Counted from the stretch's first letter, positions 1 to 12,342 are shown. The stretch is DNA of 64,000 nucleotides from Xanthobacteraceae bacterium (GCA_035764045.1 DASTZX010000118.1:146-64145), one strand, 5' to 3'. Made by a program: numbers and translations. Notes: a model not told the origin generated them from the letters alone.

Positions 1-773
1 TAGGCGTCCTTGTACCAGGCGCTGTCGGGGAAATTGTGCCCGAGCACCGCGGCGGCGGTCTGCGCCTCCATGGTGATGCCGAGCGCCATGTAGCATTCGG
101 TCAGCCGTTCGAGCGCCTCCTCGACATGGCGGGTGCGCTGATATTGCGTCACCACCACCTTGAAACGGTTGATGGCGCCGGTGAAGTCCTGCTTCTGCTG
201 GTACTGGCGGCCGATGTCCATCTCTTTGGCGGCGAGCTGGTCGCGCGCGACCGCGATCTTTTTGCGCGCGCTTTCGGCATATTCGGTGTTGGGGAACTTG
301 CGCGTGACCTCCTCGAGGCTGTCGATCGCCTTCTGGGTGCCTGACTGGTCGCGCGTCACGTCCGGGATCTGGTCGAAGTACGACGCGCCGATGAGGTATT
401 GCGCATAGGCCGCGTCGGGACTGCCCGGATGCAGCGTGATGTAGCGTTTGGCCGTGTTGACCGCCTCGTCATAGGACCGGGCCGAGTAATACGCGTACGC
501 CGCCATGATGAGCGACTTGCGAGCCCATTCCGAATAGGGATGCTGGCGGTCGACTTCCTCGAACTTCTTCGCCGACTCCCGATAATCCTGCTTTTCGTTC
601 AGCAGGTAGACGCCTTCGTTGTACAGGCGATCGGCCGGCTCATCGGGCAGGATCGGATCCTTGTCCCCGAACATGCCGTTCCACATGCTGCAACCGCCAA
701 GCAGCGCCAGCAGCGGCAAAAGCATGATGAGGCGCGCGCAAACACCGCGCCCGCTCCGCGAACGAGCCGTCAT
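1..773 (-). CDS. bamD: Outer membrane protein assembly factor BamD (TPR-like lipoprotein); 3' end cut by window edge
   Basis: Own translation of the minus strand; the ORF runs off the window and is absent from the track. ATG at 771-773 gives MTARSRSGRGVCARLIMLLPLLALLGGCSMW..., a signal peptide plus lipobox LLGGC, followed by TPR-like helices (YNEGVYLLNEKQDYRESAKKFEEV...). It lies directly downstream of lpxC. Confidence 0.8.
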   Translation of the reverse strand, partial: MTARSRSGRGVCARLIMLLPLLALLGGCSMWNGMFGDKDPILPDEPADRLYNEGVYLLNEKQDYRESAKKFEEVDRQHPYSEWARKSLIMAAYAYYSARSYDEAVNTAKRYITLHPGSPDAAYAQYLIGASYFDQIPDVTRDQSGTQKAIDSLEEVTRKFPNTEYAESARKKIAVARDQLAAKEMDIGRQYQQKQDFTGAINRFKVVVTQYQRTRHVEEALERLTECYMALGITMEAQTAAAVLGHNFPDSAWYKDA

Positions 774-988
774 GAGGGAACGCGTCGGCATTGCGCCAGA
801 AAACCCCCGTCCGTAACGGTCTGCGGCGAACGGACACCGATTCGCCCCTCGAACCGCATCGCAGGCCTATGCGGTGGCTGCCCGCCGCCCCAGCCCGAGA
901 AACCACAACGCGGGCAAGCGCATAGGCCAAGAGCCCTATAGGTCCACAATCGGCCTGGAATGTGGCGGAAGGTCCAGAAGCTTCCGCG

Positions 989-1942
989 TTACGGCTGGTC
1001 GGGCCAGAAGGTCGGAGCCGTCCGTTCGGCCGCCGCGGCCGCACGTCCGCGCGGGCGCCGGGCGGCGCCGCCGGTCTCGACCACCGTCCAGGCGGTCGGA
1101 TCGGCCATCAGGGCGGACAGCACCGCGTGATTGAGTTTGTGGCCGCCGCGCACCGAACGATAGGTGGCGAGCAGCGGTGCCCCGGCGAGCGCAAGATCGC
1201 CAATCGCGTCGAGCGCCTTGTGGCGCACGAACTCATCGGCGAAGCGCAGCCCGTCCTGGTTGAGGATGCGGTTCTCGGTCACCACGAGCGTGTTGTCGAA
1301 GGTCGCCCCGAGGGCGAAGCCGGCGCTCCACAGCTTGGAGACGTCGCGCATGAACCCGAACGTCCGTGCACGGGCGATCTCGCGGCGGAACGCCGCCGGC
1401 TCGACATCGACCGCAAGAGCTTGGCGGCCGATCAGCGGATTGTCGAAGTTGATCTCGACCTCGAGCCGAAATGCGCCGGCGTTCGGCCGAAGCTCGCCGA
1501 ACGAGCTCTCGCGCATGACCCGAACCGGCTTGAGAACTTGGATGAAACGACGCGGCGCCGGAAGCGTGACGATGCCGGCCTGATCGATCGCCGCCACGAA
1601 GGGCTCGGCGCTGCCGTCCATGATCGGCACTTCCGGCCCGTCGATTTCGACGATCGCATTGTCGACGCCGAGACCGGCGAGCGCCGCGAGCACGTGCTCG
1701 GCGGTCGAGCATAGCGGCCCGCTCGGGTCGCCGAGCACGGTCGCGAACTCAGTCGCCGTGACGGCGCGTACGTCGGCGCGGATTTCCCGGTCGGGACGGC
1801 CGGCGAGTCCGGTGCGGAGAAAAACGATGCCGGATCCAGCGTCTGCTGGATGCAGCGTGAGTGTGGCTGGCAAGCCGGAATGGACACCGATGCCCGTAAC
1901 GGATGCATCGACGCGCAACGTCGTCTGCTTGACCACTTTCAT
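989..1942 (-). CDS. lpxC: UDP-3-O-acyl-N-acetylglucosamine deacetylase
   Basis: Track ORF 989..1954. MKVVKQTTLRVDASVTGIGVHSGLPATLTLHPA... is a typical LpxC N-terminus and fold. The ATG at 1942 is preferred over the upstream GTG at 1954. Confidence 0.9.
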   Translation of the reverse strand: MKVVKQTTLRVDASVTGIGVHSGLPATLTLHPADAGSGIVFLRTGLAGRPDREIRADVRAVTATEFATVLGDPSGPLCSTAEHVLAALAGLGVDNAIVEIDGPEVPIMDGSAEPFVAAIDQAGIVTLPAPRRFIQVLKPVRVMRESSFGELRPNAGAFRLEVEINFDNPLIGRQALAVDVEPAAFRREIARARTFGFMRDVSKLWSAGFALGATFDNTLVVTENRILNQDGLRFADEFVRHKALDAIGDLALAGAPLLATYRSVRGGHKLNHAVLSALMADPTAWTVVETGGAARRPRGRAAAAAERTAPTFWPDQP

Positions 1943-2354
1943 CGACCGTCCCACTCAAATTGCTACCGCGCACGCGCGGCACGCAACTGATCCCCCGGGG
2001 TGCGGCTGGGTCGCGTTTTCGCCATGAACTGCGGGATCGTGAGCCGGAATCCGGCTACACTTGTCCCCCACGCAATTCCCCCGACCAAAACCCCTTGTGC
2101 GCCAAGAACTTTAGTCAGCAAGGTGAGTCTCGCCAACTCACGCTTTTTTACCAACTGTTACGATTTCTTGTCTCATTCTGACCCATGTTTTGCCACGATC
2201 TCGTCTGCGACGCCACCGCTCCGCACAGGCGATCAGGGTCGAAGAGATGCCGCCGGTCCGGGATGCCGAGGCGGCGCGGCAAAGGATAAATTCTTAAATT
2301 CATATGCTTAACGACGCAACCGGGAGTCATCCCGACCACGCGGCCCGCAAAGCG

Positions 2355-2385
2355 ACGAGCCCCAGCCGGATCGGCCGGGGCTCGT
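2355..2385 (-). terminator. Stem-loop 20 nt downstream of the ftsZ stop (possible terminator)
   Basis: ACGAGCCCC-GCC / GGC-GGGGCTCGT arms, about 12 bp with one mismatch. On the minus strand it is followed only by a weak CTTTG tract. Confidence 0.35.
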
Positions 2386-2405
2386 TGTCGTAACGTCAAC
2401 GCGGC

Positions 2406-4082
2406 TCAATTCGCCTGACGACGGAGGAAAGCCGGGATCTCGAGTTGATCGTCCTCGGCCCCGTTATGCACAGCTGCTTGGCGCCCGTGCTGATCCAGGC
2501 CCTGTGGCGCGCCGCGTCTTGCGTATTCCGATACCGGCTCGGCCGGTGCCCGGGGAATCGGACGTGGCGGCAGGGGCGGCATCTGCGGGCGCGGAGCCGG
2601 ACGCTCAGCGGCCGTTTCTGATTCGTCCTCGCGCCGACCCAGCGAGGCAAGGCGCGCGAGCAGCGACATGCGCGGGCGATCGGCGGCATCCTCGGCGTTC
2701 GCTTCCGCCTGCCGGGCGCGCAACGCGTTCTGCGCCGGCAGCGGGAACTCGTCGATGTGCGGCATGCGGGGCGCCGTCCGGCTCGCCACCCGCTCGGCTA
2801 CGGGCGGGATGAAGGTTTTCGGCGGCTCGACCGGCGGCGCGGGCCTTGCGGCAGGCTCGAACAGCGACGGCTTCGGCGGGATCGCGCGGATCGTCACGTC
2901 CTCCAAGGCGGCCGCGACGGCGGCGGTCGCGGTGGTCTCGGCGATGCTCGGCGCAGCCGGCGGCGGCGACGCAAGCGGCTGCGGATTAGTGCGGTCCATC
3001 CGCTCCTGCATGCGTTGCGTATCGGCACGCAGGCGTTGCGTGAGCTCGGCGATGCGCGACTGGTGGTTGGCGACCGCGGCGGTCTGCTGCGCCGGGGTCA
3101 GGGTGCGCGTCACCAAGGCTTCGTCGACGCCGGTCGCCACGACCGACACCCGGATGATGCCGTCGAGGCTCTCGTCGAAAGTCGCGCCGACAATGATGTT
3201 GGCGTCCGGATCGACCTCTTCGCGGATCCGGGTCGCGGCCTCGTCGACCTCGTAGAGGGTGAGATCCTTTCCGCCCGTGATCGAGATCAACAGGCCGTGC
3301 GCCCCCTTCATCGACACGTCGTCGATCAGCGGGTTGGAGATCGCGGCCTCGGCGGCGCGCAAAGCCCGCTTCTCGCCCGAAGCCTCGCCGGTGCCCATCA
3401 TCGCCTTGCCCATCTCGCGCATCACGGCGCGGACATCGGCAAAATCGAGATTGATCAAGCCTTCCTTGACCATGAGGTCGGTGATGCAGGCGACCCCCGA
3501 ATAGAGCACCTGGTCGGCGAGCGCGAAGGCTTCCGCGAAGGTGGTCTTCTCGTTGGCGACCCGAAACAGGTTCTGGTTGGGAATGATGATGAGGGTATCG
3601 ACCACCTTCTGCAGGTCGGTGATGCCTGTCTCGGCGCACCGCATGCGACGCTGGCCCTCGAAGTGGAACGGCTTCGTCACCACTCCGACGGTGAGGATCC
3701 CGAGCTCGCGCGCCACCTTGGCGACGACGGGCGCGGCGCCCGTCCCGGTACCACCGCCCATGCCGGCGGTGACGAACACCATGTGGGCGCCGCTCAGGTG
3801 ATCGCGGATCTCGTCGATCACCTCCTCCGCCGCCGCGCGTCCGACGTCGGGCTGCGACCCGGCGCCGAGGCCCTCGGTGGCCTGCACCCCCATCTGCACG
3901 ATGCGCTCGGCCTTGGACAGCGTCAGCGCCTGGGCGTCGGTGTTGGCGACGACGAAGTCCACGCCCTGCAGGCCGGCATTGATCATGTTGTTGACCGCGT
4001 TCCCGCCGGCGCCGCCGACACCGAAGACAGTGATTCGCGGCTTGAGTTCCCGGATGTCGGGGATCTTCAGGTTGATGCTCAT
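2406..4082 (-). CDS. ftsZ: Cell division GTPase FtsZ with long Pro/Ala-rich linker
   Basis: [34 protein letters not shown]..., tubulin signature [11 protein letters not shown], and C-terminal peptide [15 protein letters not shown]. Confidence 0.97.
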   Translation of the reverse strand: MSINLKIPDIRELKPRITVFGVGGAGGNAVNNMINAGLQGVDFVVANTDAQALTLSKAERIVQMGVQATEGLGAGSQPDVGRAAAEEVIDEIRDHLSGAHMVFVTAGMGGGTGTGAAPVVAKVARELGILTVGVVTKPFHFEGQRRMRCAETGITDLQKVVDTLIIIPNQNLFRVANEKTTFAEAFALADQVLYSGVACITDLMVKEGLINLDFADVRAVMREMGKAMMGTGEASGEKRALRAAEAAISNPLIDDVSMKGAHGLLISITGGKDLTLYEVDEAATRIREEVDPDANIIVGATFDESLDGIIRVSVVATGVDEALVTRTLTPAQQTAAVANHQSRIAELTQRLRADTQRMQERMDRTNPQPLASPPPAAPSIAETTATAAVAAALEDVTIRAIPPKPSLFEPAARPAPPVEPPKTFIPPVAERVASRTAPRMPHIDEFPLPAQNALRARQAEANAEDAADRPRMSLLARLASLGRREDESETAAERPAPRPQMPPLPPRPIPRAPAEPVSEYARRGAPQGLDQHGRQAAVHNGAEDDQLEIPAFLRRQAN

Positions 4083-4167
4083 GTCTGCCTCTTGGTGACG
4101 CGGACTGGGCCGCGGGTCGTGCCGGTCCGCCCCCGGCCGATGGGTTGTGTCCTCGAATTGGAGGTCA

Positions 4168-5490
4168 TCAGAAGCTTTCGCGAAGCCATCGTCCGACCCT
4201 TGCGATGTAGCCGCCGTTCCCCGTCATCTGATGCCGCGTTCGCCGCGGTTCGAATCGTTCGAGATGTGCTGCCTGCGGATAGACCAGGAGGCCGGCCGCC
4301 GCCGCGAAAGCGGCGCCCTTGGCATCCTCGGGCAGGCCCGAAATGCCCAGCGGCCGCCCGATCCGGACCGGACGCCCCAGGATACGGGTGGCAAGGTCGG
4401 GCAGGCCCGTCAGCTGGCTCGCCCCGCCGGTCAGCACGATGCGGGCGCGCGGCTCTGCCGCAAACGGCGACGCCGCGAGCCGATCGCGCAGCATCTCCAA
4501 TATTTCTTCGACCCTCGGCTTGATGATCCGCGTCAGAGTTGCCCGGGACACGAACTGGGGCGGATCACGCTCATCAACGCCCACGGTCGGCACGGTGATC
4601 ATGTCTCGTTCGTCCAGGCCGCCGGCCAGCACACTGCCATAAAGCGTCTTGATTCGCTCGGCGTCATAGATGCTGGCGGACAAGCCGCGCGCCAGGTCCA
4701 TGGTGACGTGGAAGCCCCCGAGCGCGAAGCCGTCCGCATGGATGAATCGCCCGCCGGAAAACACGGCCGCCGTAGTGGTCCCGGCGCCCATGTCGATGAC
4801 CGCGGCGCCGTGGTCCGCCTCGTCGTCGGCGAGCACGGCGAGCCCCGCCATGTAGGGGCTCGCCACCATCGCTTCGACCGCAAGATGGCAACGCTCGACC
4901 GTGAGCATCAGGTTGCGCGCCGCCGCCGCGTCGGTCGTCACGACGTGCATGTCCACTTCGAAGTTGCGCGCCAGCATGCCCCGCGGGTCCCGGATGCCGC
5001 GCGCACTGTCGATCGCAAAGCCGATCGGCAGCGAATGCAGCACCACCCGGCCGGGACGCACCGAGCGCCGGCTGCCCGCCGCGAGCACGCGTGCGATGTC
5101 GGACTCCGTGATGGTGGATCCGGGGATTTCGACCGAGGCCGCATAGAGCTCGCTCGACAGCCGGCCGGCCGCGACCGAAACGATCACCGACTCGATCTGG
5201 CGATGGGCGGCGCGCTCGGCAGTATCGAGAGCGTGCCGCACCGCCGCCTCGGCCTCGGTGAGGTCGATCACGTTGCCGGCCTTCATGCCGCGGGCGCCCG
5301 TATGCGCAAAGCCGATCACCTCGACGGCGTGGCTGCGACGGCGCAGCACCTCCTGCGGAGCATGCGGGGTCAGCCGCGCGATCAGGCACGCGATCTTGCT
5401 GGTCCCCATGTCGAGCGCGGCGACCAATGCGCTCCGCTTGGGCGACACCGGCTTCATCTTGGGCGTGATGCCGTAATGGAGGGGACTCAT
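4168..5490 (-). CDS. ftsA: Cell division protein FtsA
   Basis: Track ORF 4168..5718 is 5'-extended and would overlap ftsQ. The internal ATG at 5490 gives [40 protein letters not shown]..., an actin-like ATPase. Position between ftsQ and ftsZ. Confidence 0.9.
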   Translation of the reverse strand: MSPLHYGITPKMKPVSPKRSALVAALDMGTSKIACLIARLTPHAPQEVLRRRSHAVEVIGFAHTGARGMKAGNVIDLTEAEAAVRHALDTAERAAHRQIESVIVSVAAGRLSSELYAASVEIPGSTITESDIARVLAAGSRRSVRPGRVVLHSLPIGFAIDSARGIRDPRGMLARNFEVDMHVVTTDAAAARNLMLTVERCHLAVEAMVASPYMAGLAVLADDEADHGAAVIDMGAGTTTAAVFSGGRFIHADGFALGGFHVTMDLARGLSASIYDAERIKTLYGSVLAGGLDERDMITVPTVGVDERDPPQFVSRATLTRIIKPRVEEILEMLRDRLAASPFAAEPRARIVLTGGASQLTGLPDLATRILGRPVRIGRPLGISGLPEDAKGAAFAAAAGLLVYPQAAHLERFEPRRTRHQMTGNGGYIARVGRWLRESF

Positions 5491-5647
5491 CGCGAGCCCC
5501 TTCCCGCCGTCATTCCGGGGCGCGAGCGAAGCTCGCGAAACTGGAATCCAGCGATTTCCGACGCGAGGACATGCGCCGCATCCATGGATGCCGCATAGCC
5601 GCGCCGGGCGCGGCTTCCGGATTGACGGGGCAACGGGCACATCAGGC

Positions 5648-6640
5648 TCACGCGCTGCCCCCCTTGGCCTTCGGCTTCCTCGCCTTGAGCGCCTCGTCGC
5701 GCTCGGCGGCGGCCGCATCGGAGAGCCGCACCGTGACGCGGTCGGGCAGCCGCAGATCCACGGCGACGATGTCGCGTGAGAAGAGCTTCTTGTCGCGATC
5801 GAGTGCCATCAGCCGGTCGAGCGCGGGCGCGACATCGAACTCCGGCAGGCGCACGTCCATGCCGTTCTTGAGCCGCAGGTTCCAGCGACGCTCGGCGACC
5901 AGCACCGAGGCCGCCACCTTGTCACGAATTTCCGGATAGCGATCGAGCAGGCTCAGAAAATCCTTGGCGCGGGTTTCCGCGCCGGCGCCGACGAAAAGCG
6001 GGAGGCCGGCGATGCCGCGCGAGATGAAGGGCTCGAGCACGGTCCCGTCGTCGGCGATCACGCCGATGCGGTGGTCCTTCTGCCACAGCGCGAAGGCGAC
6101 GCGCTCCGTGATCGCGATCTGCAGCCGGTCGGGATAGAGCTTTTGCACGGTCGCGTCGGCGACCCACGGATTGGTCTTGAGCCGTGCACGCGCGTCGGAG
6201 ACGTCGAAGAACAGGGTCGACGAGCGCGGACTGACGCCGGCGAGCGCGAAGATCTCCTCACGGCTCAGATGCCGATTGCCGGTGAGCGCCACCCCGGTGA
6301 TCGCGAACCCGGCCGTATCGGCCGCCGCATCCCGCACCAGGCTGATCGTATCAATGACATCCGGGGCGTGACCGCCGCGCACGACACCCCAGGCGATGCT
6401 GGCGAAGATGATCAGCGCGCAGGCGGCGACGCCGACCCCGCGCTGCGGCTGCCAGGCGGCGAGCCGCTCGGCGCGCGCATTGAGCCGTCGGGCGAACGCG
6501 CCGAATTGGCCCGTATGATGCACGATCCGCCTCCCCAACCCCTTCTCGCGTTGCGACGCGCGCGCATGTCGGCTCGCGCCCGCCGTCCCCAAACGCGCGG
6601 GTTCACTCAGCGATTCAGCGAAGCATCCTCCACCATCCAT
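5648..6640 (-). CDS. ftsQ: Cell division protein FtsQ (POTRA domain)
   Basis: Single TM segment (VGVAACALIIFASIAWGVV) followed by a POTRA/FtsQ-type region (ITGVALTGNRHLSREEIFALAG...). Synteny ddl-ftsQ-ftsA. The start is uncertain because it overlaps the ddl end by 34 nt. Confidence 0.85.
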   Translation of the reverse strand: MDGGGCFAESLSEPARLGTAGASRHARASQREKGLGRRIVHHTGQFGAFARRLNARAERLAAWQPQRGVGVAACALIIFASIAWGVVRGGHAPDVIDTISLVRDAAADTAGFAITGVALTGNRHLSREEIFALAGVSPRSSTLFFDVSDARARLKTNPWVADATVQKLYPDRLQIAITERVAFALWQKDHRIGVIADDGTVLEPFISRGIAGLPLFVGAGAETRAKDFLSLLDRYPEIRDKVAASVLVAERRWNLRLKNGMDVRLPEFDVAPALDRLMALDRDKKLFSRDIVAVDLRLPDRVTVRLSDAAAAERDEALKARKPKAKGGSA

Positions 6641-7527
6641 CGCACCAGCTCTTCGAACGTAATGCCCGCATAGGCGGCGAGCTCCGGGACAAGCGACGTC
6701 TCGGTCATTCCGGGCTGGGTATTGACCTCAAGGCAAACTAACCCGTCCGTCCCCTGCCTGCGTTCGTCGTAGCGGAAGTCCGCACGGCTCACGCCCCGGC
6801 ACCCGAGCGCACGATGCGCCAGGAGGGCGAGTCTTCGGGTCTCTTGGTAAACATTTGGTTTAACCGGGGCGGGCAAGAGGTGTTTTGATCCTCCTGGGGC
6901 ATACTTTGCTTCGTAATCGTAAAAACGGACGGTCGGCACGATCTCGATCACATCCAGCGCCTTGTCCCCCATCACGGCGCAGGTGAGTTCCTTGCCCGGG
7001 ATGAAGGTTTCGACCAGCACCTCCTCCCCAAACGTCCAGTCCGGCCGCGTCAGCTCCTGCGGGGGGTGTTCATGCGCCTCGGTGACGATGAAGACCCCCA
7101 CGCTCGAGCCCTCGGCGACCGGCTTGATCACGTAGGGCCGGGCCATCGCGTGCGTCCGCGCGGCCTCGAGGCGATCGACCGCGCGGCCCTCGGGCACTGG
7201 CACACCGGCGGCCCGCATCACCACCTTGGCGCGGTCCTTTTGCATCGCCAGCGCCGAGGAAAGTACCCCCGAGTGGCTGTAGGGAATGCCCAGAACCTCC
7301 AGAAGTCCCTGGATGGCTCCGTCCTCGCCGGGCCGGCCATGCAGCAGGTTGAGCGCGACGTCGGGCTTGGCAGCGCCAAGCGCCGCCGCCACGTTGCGGT
7401 CGACGTCGATGCGTGTGACGCGAAAGCCCAGACGCTCCAGCGCGTCTGCGCAGGCCTTTCCGGAGCGCAGCGACACCGCGCGCTCAGCCGACCAGCCGCC
7501 CATCAGGACCGCGACGTGTTGGGTCAT
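6607..7527 (-). CDS. ddl: D-alanine--D-alanine ligase
   Basis: Internal ATG at 7527 gives MTQHVAVLMGGWSAERAVSLRSG..., an ATP-grasp protein. The track ORF's upstream extension to 7668 is encoded by a repeat element. Confidence 0.9.
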   Translation of the reverse strand: MTQHVAVLMGGWSAERAVSLRSGKACADALERLGFRVTRIDVDRNVAAALGAAKPDVALNLLHGRPGEDGAIQGLLEVLGIPYSHSGVLSSALAMQKDRAKVVMRAAGVPVPEGRAVDRLEAARTHAMARPYVIKPVAEGSSVGVFIVTEAHEHPPQELTRPDWTFGEEVLVETFIPGKELTCAVMGDKALDVIEIVPTVRFYDYEAKYAPGGSKHLLPAPVKPNVYQETRRLALLAHRALGCRGVSRADFRYDERRQGTDGLVCLEVNTQPGMTETSLVPELAAYAGITFEELVRWMVEDASLNR

Positions 7528-7539
7528 GAGACCTCCCCG

Positions 7540-7660
7540 AGCACTGCCGATTCCCTCCCCCGCTTGCGGTGGAGGGTTAGGGAGGGGGCCAGTCCGCACG
7601 CATTTGTGCACGCAGAGCTCCCTCTCCCACTCTCCCCCGCAAGCGGGGGAGACGGCCCAT
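7540..7660. repeat. Composite GC-rich palindromic (REP/BIME-like) element in the ddl-murB spacer
   Basis: Two inverted copies of a CCCTC..CCCCGCAAGCGGGGGAG-type unit, about 7556-7596 and 7617-7655, including the perfect palindrome CTCCCCCGC-AA-GCGGGGGAG at 7632-7651. Related to the unit at 28201-28240. Confidence 0.6.
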
Positions 7661-7687
7661 AGGCGCAAGCGGCAGCCGATGTGCCCA

Positions 7688-8608
7688 TCATCCCGCCACC
7701 CCGATGCGCTTGATTTCCCACTCGAGCTCCACGCCCGAATCCTCCCGCACCCGGCGGCGCACTTCTTCGCCGAGTCCCTCGATGTCGGCCGCGCTCGCGT
7801 GGCCGCGGTTGATCAAGAAGTTGCAGTGCATCTCCGAAACCTGGGCGTCACCGGCCACGAGCCCGCGACAGCCGGCAGCGTCGATGAGCTGCCAGGCCTT
7901 TTGCCCCGGCGGGTTCTTGAATGTCGAGCCGCCGGTGCGGCTCTTGATTGGCTGGGTCGCCTCGCGCGACTCGGTGATCTTGTCCATCTCGGCCGCGATC
8001 GCCTTGCGATCGCCCGGCCGGCCCTGCAGCAGCGCCGAGGTGAAGATCAGGTCTTCAGGCGCCCCGCAATGGCGGTAGGAGTAATGCATGTCCGCATTGG
8101 CAAGCACGCGCCTGTTTCCGCGGCGATCAACCCCGCGCGCCTCGATCAGCACGTCCTTCGTCTCGCTCCCGTAGGCGCCGCCGTTCATCCGCAACGCGCC
8201 GCCAATGGCACCCGGAATGCCGCGGAAGAACGCCAGGCCGGCGATGCCGGCCTCCTGCGCGGCTTTCGCGACCCGCACGTCGGGCACCGCCGCGCCGGCG
8301 CGCAGCCGCGCCCCCTCCTCGACCGTCGTCTCGCCGAACCCGCGCCCGAGCCGGATCACCACGCCGCGCACGCCTCCGTCGCGGACGATCAGGTTCGAGC
8401 CGAGGCCGATCACGGTCACCGGAATTTCGTCCGCGAGGTGAGCGAGCAGATATGCGAGGTCCTCCTCGTCCTCCGGCACGACCAGCACCTGCGCCGGCCC
8501 GCCGACCCGGAACCAGGTCAGGTCAGCGAGCGACTGGTTCGCGAGCAAACGGCCGCGGAGCGCGGGCAGCTTTGCTTTCAGCTCGGCCGTGATGTCGGGA
8601 AACGCCAT
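7688..8608 (-). CDS. murB: UDP-N-acetylenolpyruvoylglucosamine reductase
   Basis: Internal ATG at 8608 gives [40 protein letters not shown]..., a FAD-binding MurB. Synteny murC-murB-ddl. Confidence 0.9.
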   Translation of the reverse strand: MAFPDITAELKAKLPALRGRLLANQSLADLTWFRVGGPAQVLVVPEDEEDLAYLLAHLADEIPVTVIGLGSNLIVRDGGVRGVVIRLGRGFGETTVEEGARLRAGAAVPDVRVAKAAQEAGIAGLAFFRGIPGAIGGALRMNGGAYGSETKDVLIEARGVDRRGNRRVLANADMHYSYRHCGAPEDLIFTSALLQGRPGDRKAIAAEMDKITESREATQPIKSRTGGSTFKNPPGQKAWQLIDAAGCRGLVAGDAQVSEMHCNFLINRGHASAADIEGLGEEVRRRVREDSGVELEWEIKRIGVAG

Positions 8609-8646
8609 GCGTCTGTTGCCCGCCCGTTGCTCATCGCGTGTGCAGC

Positions 8647-10053
<1,407 letters not shown>

Positions 10054-10060
10054 GTCGGCC

Positions 10061-11191
10061 TCACTCCTTAACCTTACCGGGCGTCAGCCCCGCCACTCGC
10101 AGCACGAGGGCGGCGAGCCGGTCGGCGGCATCGAGCGCGCCGATCGCGCGAGCCCGCTGCGCCATGCCGGCCAGCATCTCGGGTTCCGCCGCGATCCGGG
10201 CGATTTCCGAGGCAAGCTTCTCGGGCGTAAAGGCCGCCTGGTCAATCCTTATCGCCCCGCCCGCTCGTTCCAGCATTAACGCGTTCGCGAGCTGGTCCTG
10301 ATCGAGCGCATGCGGCAGCGGAACGAGGATCGCGGGCCGGCCGATGGCGGCGAGCTCGGCGACCGTCGAGGCGCCCGAGCGGCTCACCACCAGGTGGCTC
10401 GCCGCGATGCGCGCCGGCAGGTCGGGAAAGAACGGCGCGACCTCCGCCTGCACTCCGAGTCGCGCAAATGTCGCGCGCACCCGCTCGATGTCCTCCGCCC
10501 GCGCCTGCTGCGTGACCAGGAGCTGGGCGCGGAGCGCGACGGGCAGAAGCTCGATCGCAGGCGGCACGATATCGGCCATGATGCGGGCGCCCTGGCTGCC
10601 GCCGAACACGAGCAGCTTCAGCGATCCCGGCCGGCCAGGGGCCGCGTAGGCGATCTTGGCGGCGGCGACCACCGCCGGACGCACCGGATTGCCGGTATGC
10701 GTCGCCTTGGCCGAGAGCGCCGGCGTCTTGTCGAGCACGCCCGGAAAGCTGGTCGCGATGGCCGTCACGCGTGGCGCCAGGAACCGGTTGGCGCGGCCCA
10801 TCACCCCGTTCTGCTCATGGATCAAAGTCGGGACGCTACGCCAGGCCGCGGCGATGAGGGGCGGCACCGTCGGATAGCCGCCGAAGCCGATCACCGCCGC
10901 CGGACGCAGCCGGCCGAGGAGAGTGAACGCCTGCGCGGTGCCCAGGGCGAGGCGCAATCCGGTACGCGCCAACGACACGGGATCGCGCCCGCGCACGGTC
11001 GCGCTCGGAATGATGTGGGTCTCGCGGGCCGGGAATTTCTGCCCGAACAGCGCGGCTCGCTCATCGGTCGCGAGATCGACCGCAACGCCGCGCGCGCCGA
11101 GGGCGGCGCTCAGCGCCTCGGCGGGAAACAGATGCCCGCCGGTCCCGCCGGCCGCCACGACCACCAGCGGCACGGCCGCATCATGTGCCAT
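10061..11191 (-). CDS. murG: Undecaprenyl-PP-MurNAc-pentapeptide GlcNAc transferase
   Basis: ATG at 11191 gives [31 protein letters not shown]... It overlaps the ftsW stop as ATGA. The track ORF to 12304 is an out-of-frame run through ftsW. Confidence 0.93.
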   Translation of the reverse strand: MAHDAAVPLVVVAAGGTGGHLFPAEALSAALGARGVAVDLATDERAALFGQKFPARETHIIPSATVRGRDPVSLARTGLRLALGTAQAFTLLGRLRPAAVIGFGGYPTVPPLIAAAWRSVPTLIHEQNGVMGRANRFLAPRVTAIATSFPGVLDKTPALSAKATHTGNPVRPAVVAAAKIAYAAPGRPGSLKLLVFGGSQGARIMADIVPPAIELLPVALRAQLLVTQQARAEDIERVRATFARLGVQAEVAPFFPDLPARIAASHLVVSRSGASTVAELAAIGRPAILVPLPHALDQDQLANALMLERAGGAIRIDQAAFTPEKLASEIARIAAEPEMLAGMAQRARAIGALDAADRLAALVLRVAGLTPGKVKE

Positions 11192-12342
11192 CAGGCCGGG
11201 CTCCCGGCGAGCGCCGGTGCGGCGCTGCCGATGATTTCCGCACGCGGCCGCCCTCGCGTCAGCGCCAGCAGCATTCCCATGCCGTAGGCGAGCGAGATGA
11301 TGGACGACCCGCCGTAGGAGATGAATGGCAATGTCATGCCTTTGGCCGGGATGAGCGAGAGATTGACCGCCATGTTGATCGCGGATTGTGCGCCGAACAG
11401 GATCGCGAGGCCGGCGGCGCCGAAGCGCGCGAACGCATCGTCGCTGCGCATTGCGCGGGTGAGCGCGCGCAGCACGATGAAGGTGAAGAGAGCCACCAGA
11501 ATCAAACACAGCACGATACCGAACTCCTCGGCGCCGACCGCGAACACGAAATCCGCGTGCGCATCGGGCAGATAGCGCTTGACGGTTCCCTCCCCCGGCC
11601 CGCGGCCGAACCAGCCGCCGTGGCGGAACGCCTCGAGCGCAGTGTCGATCTGAAACGTGTCGCCCGAGGCCGGATCGAGGAACCGCTGAATGCGGCGCAT
11701 CACATAGGGCACCGTGAAATAGGCGCCCGCAAGGCCGGCAAGCGCGGCGCCGCCGAGCCCCAGCACCCATACCACCCGCATCCCGGCGATGAAGAACAGC
11801 GCCCCCCAGACCAGCGCGACCAGCATGGTCTGGCCGAAGTCGGGCTGGCGCACGAGTGCCGTGACGGTCGCGCCAAGGATAAGCAGCGCAAGGGTATTCG
11901 CCGGCATCTCCGGCTTCTTGGAGGACTCGGCAAAGAGCCAGGCGATCAGGATCACGAAGGCGGGCTTCAGGAACTCGGAGGGCTGGATGTTGACGCCGAG
12001 CAGCACGATCCAGCGCCGCGCGCCCTTTACCTCGGCGCCCATATGCGGGGTAAGCAGCACCATCACGAAGGCGACCGCGAAGATGACGAGCGCGATGCGC
12101 CGGATCTGTCGCGGGGGAAGGAAGGACGTCGCGATCATCACGGCGACGGCCGGCAGCAGATACATCACGTGCCGGTGCACGAAATAGAATGGATCGAGTC
12201 CGAGCCGCGCCGCGACCGGCGGGCTCGCGGCGAGCGACAGGATGAGACCGGCCAGCATCACGCCGATCAGCGCCGCGAGGAGCGGCCGGTCGACCGTCCA
12301 CCACCAGTCCGCGAACGGCGTGCGTTGGGCGCGCGAAACCAT
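11191..12342 (-). CDS. ftsW: Peptidoglycan glycosyltransferase / lipid II flippase FtsW (SEDS family)
   Basis: ATG at 12342 gives MVSRAQRTPFADWWWTVDRPLLAALIGVMLAGLILSLAASP..., a polytopic SEDS protein. Position upstream of murG. Confidence 0.9.
   Translation of the reverse strand: MVSRAQRTPFADWWWTVDRPLLAALIGVMLAGLILSLAASPPVAARLGLDPFYFVHRHVMYLLPAVAVMIATSFLPPRQIRRIALVIFAVAFVMVLLTPHMGAEVKGARRWIVLLGVNIQPSEFLKPAFVILIAWLFAESSKKPEMPANTLALLILGATVTALVRQPDFGQTMLVALVWGALFFIAGMRVVWVLGLGGAALAGLAGAYFTVPYVMRRIQRFLDPASGDTFQIDTALEAFRHGGWFGRGPGEGTVKRYLPDAHADFVFAVGAEEFGIVLCLILVALFTFIVLRALTRAMRSDDAFARFGAAGLAILFGAQSAINMAVNLSLIPAKGMTLPFISYGGSSIISLAYGMGMLLALTRGRPRAEIIGSAAPALAGSPA

Noticed and set aside
2294-2311. 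TTAA...TTAA pair in the AT-rich patch upstream of lpxC, considered as a CtrA box
   Set aside because: The spacing is 10 nt, not the 7 nt of the TTAA-N7-TTAA CtrA consensus.
4241-4260. GGTTCGAATC, a tRNA T-loop-like string
   Set aside because: The flanking bases cannot form a T-stem or acceptor stem, and the string lies inside the ftsA coding region. No tRNA cloverleaf could be drawn anywhere in the window.
2757-4523. 588-aa plus-strand ORF, with several shorter ones, opposite ftsZ and ftsA
   Set aside because: It is a shadow ORF typical of high-GC DNA. It lies antisense to genes with unambiguous family signatures, has an Arg/Gly/Asp/His-rich composition, and shows no motifs.
10061-12304. 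747-aa ORF that looks like a murG fusion protein
   Set aside because: Its N-terminal half is an out-of-frame read through ftsW. murG starts at the ATG at 11191, overlapping the ftsW stop. The same explanation applies to murD (track to 28928), rsmH (to 36112), mraZ (to 36156), ftsA (to 5718) and the transglycosylase (track from 13298).
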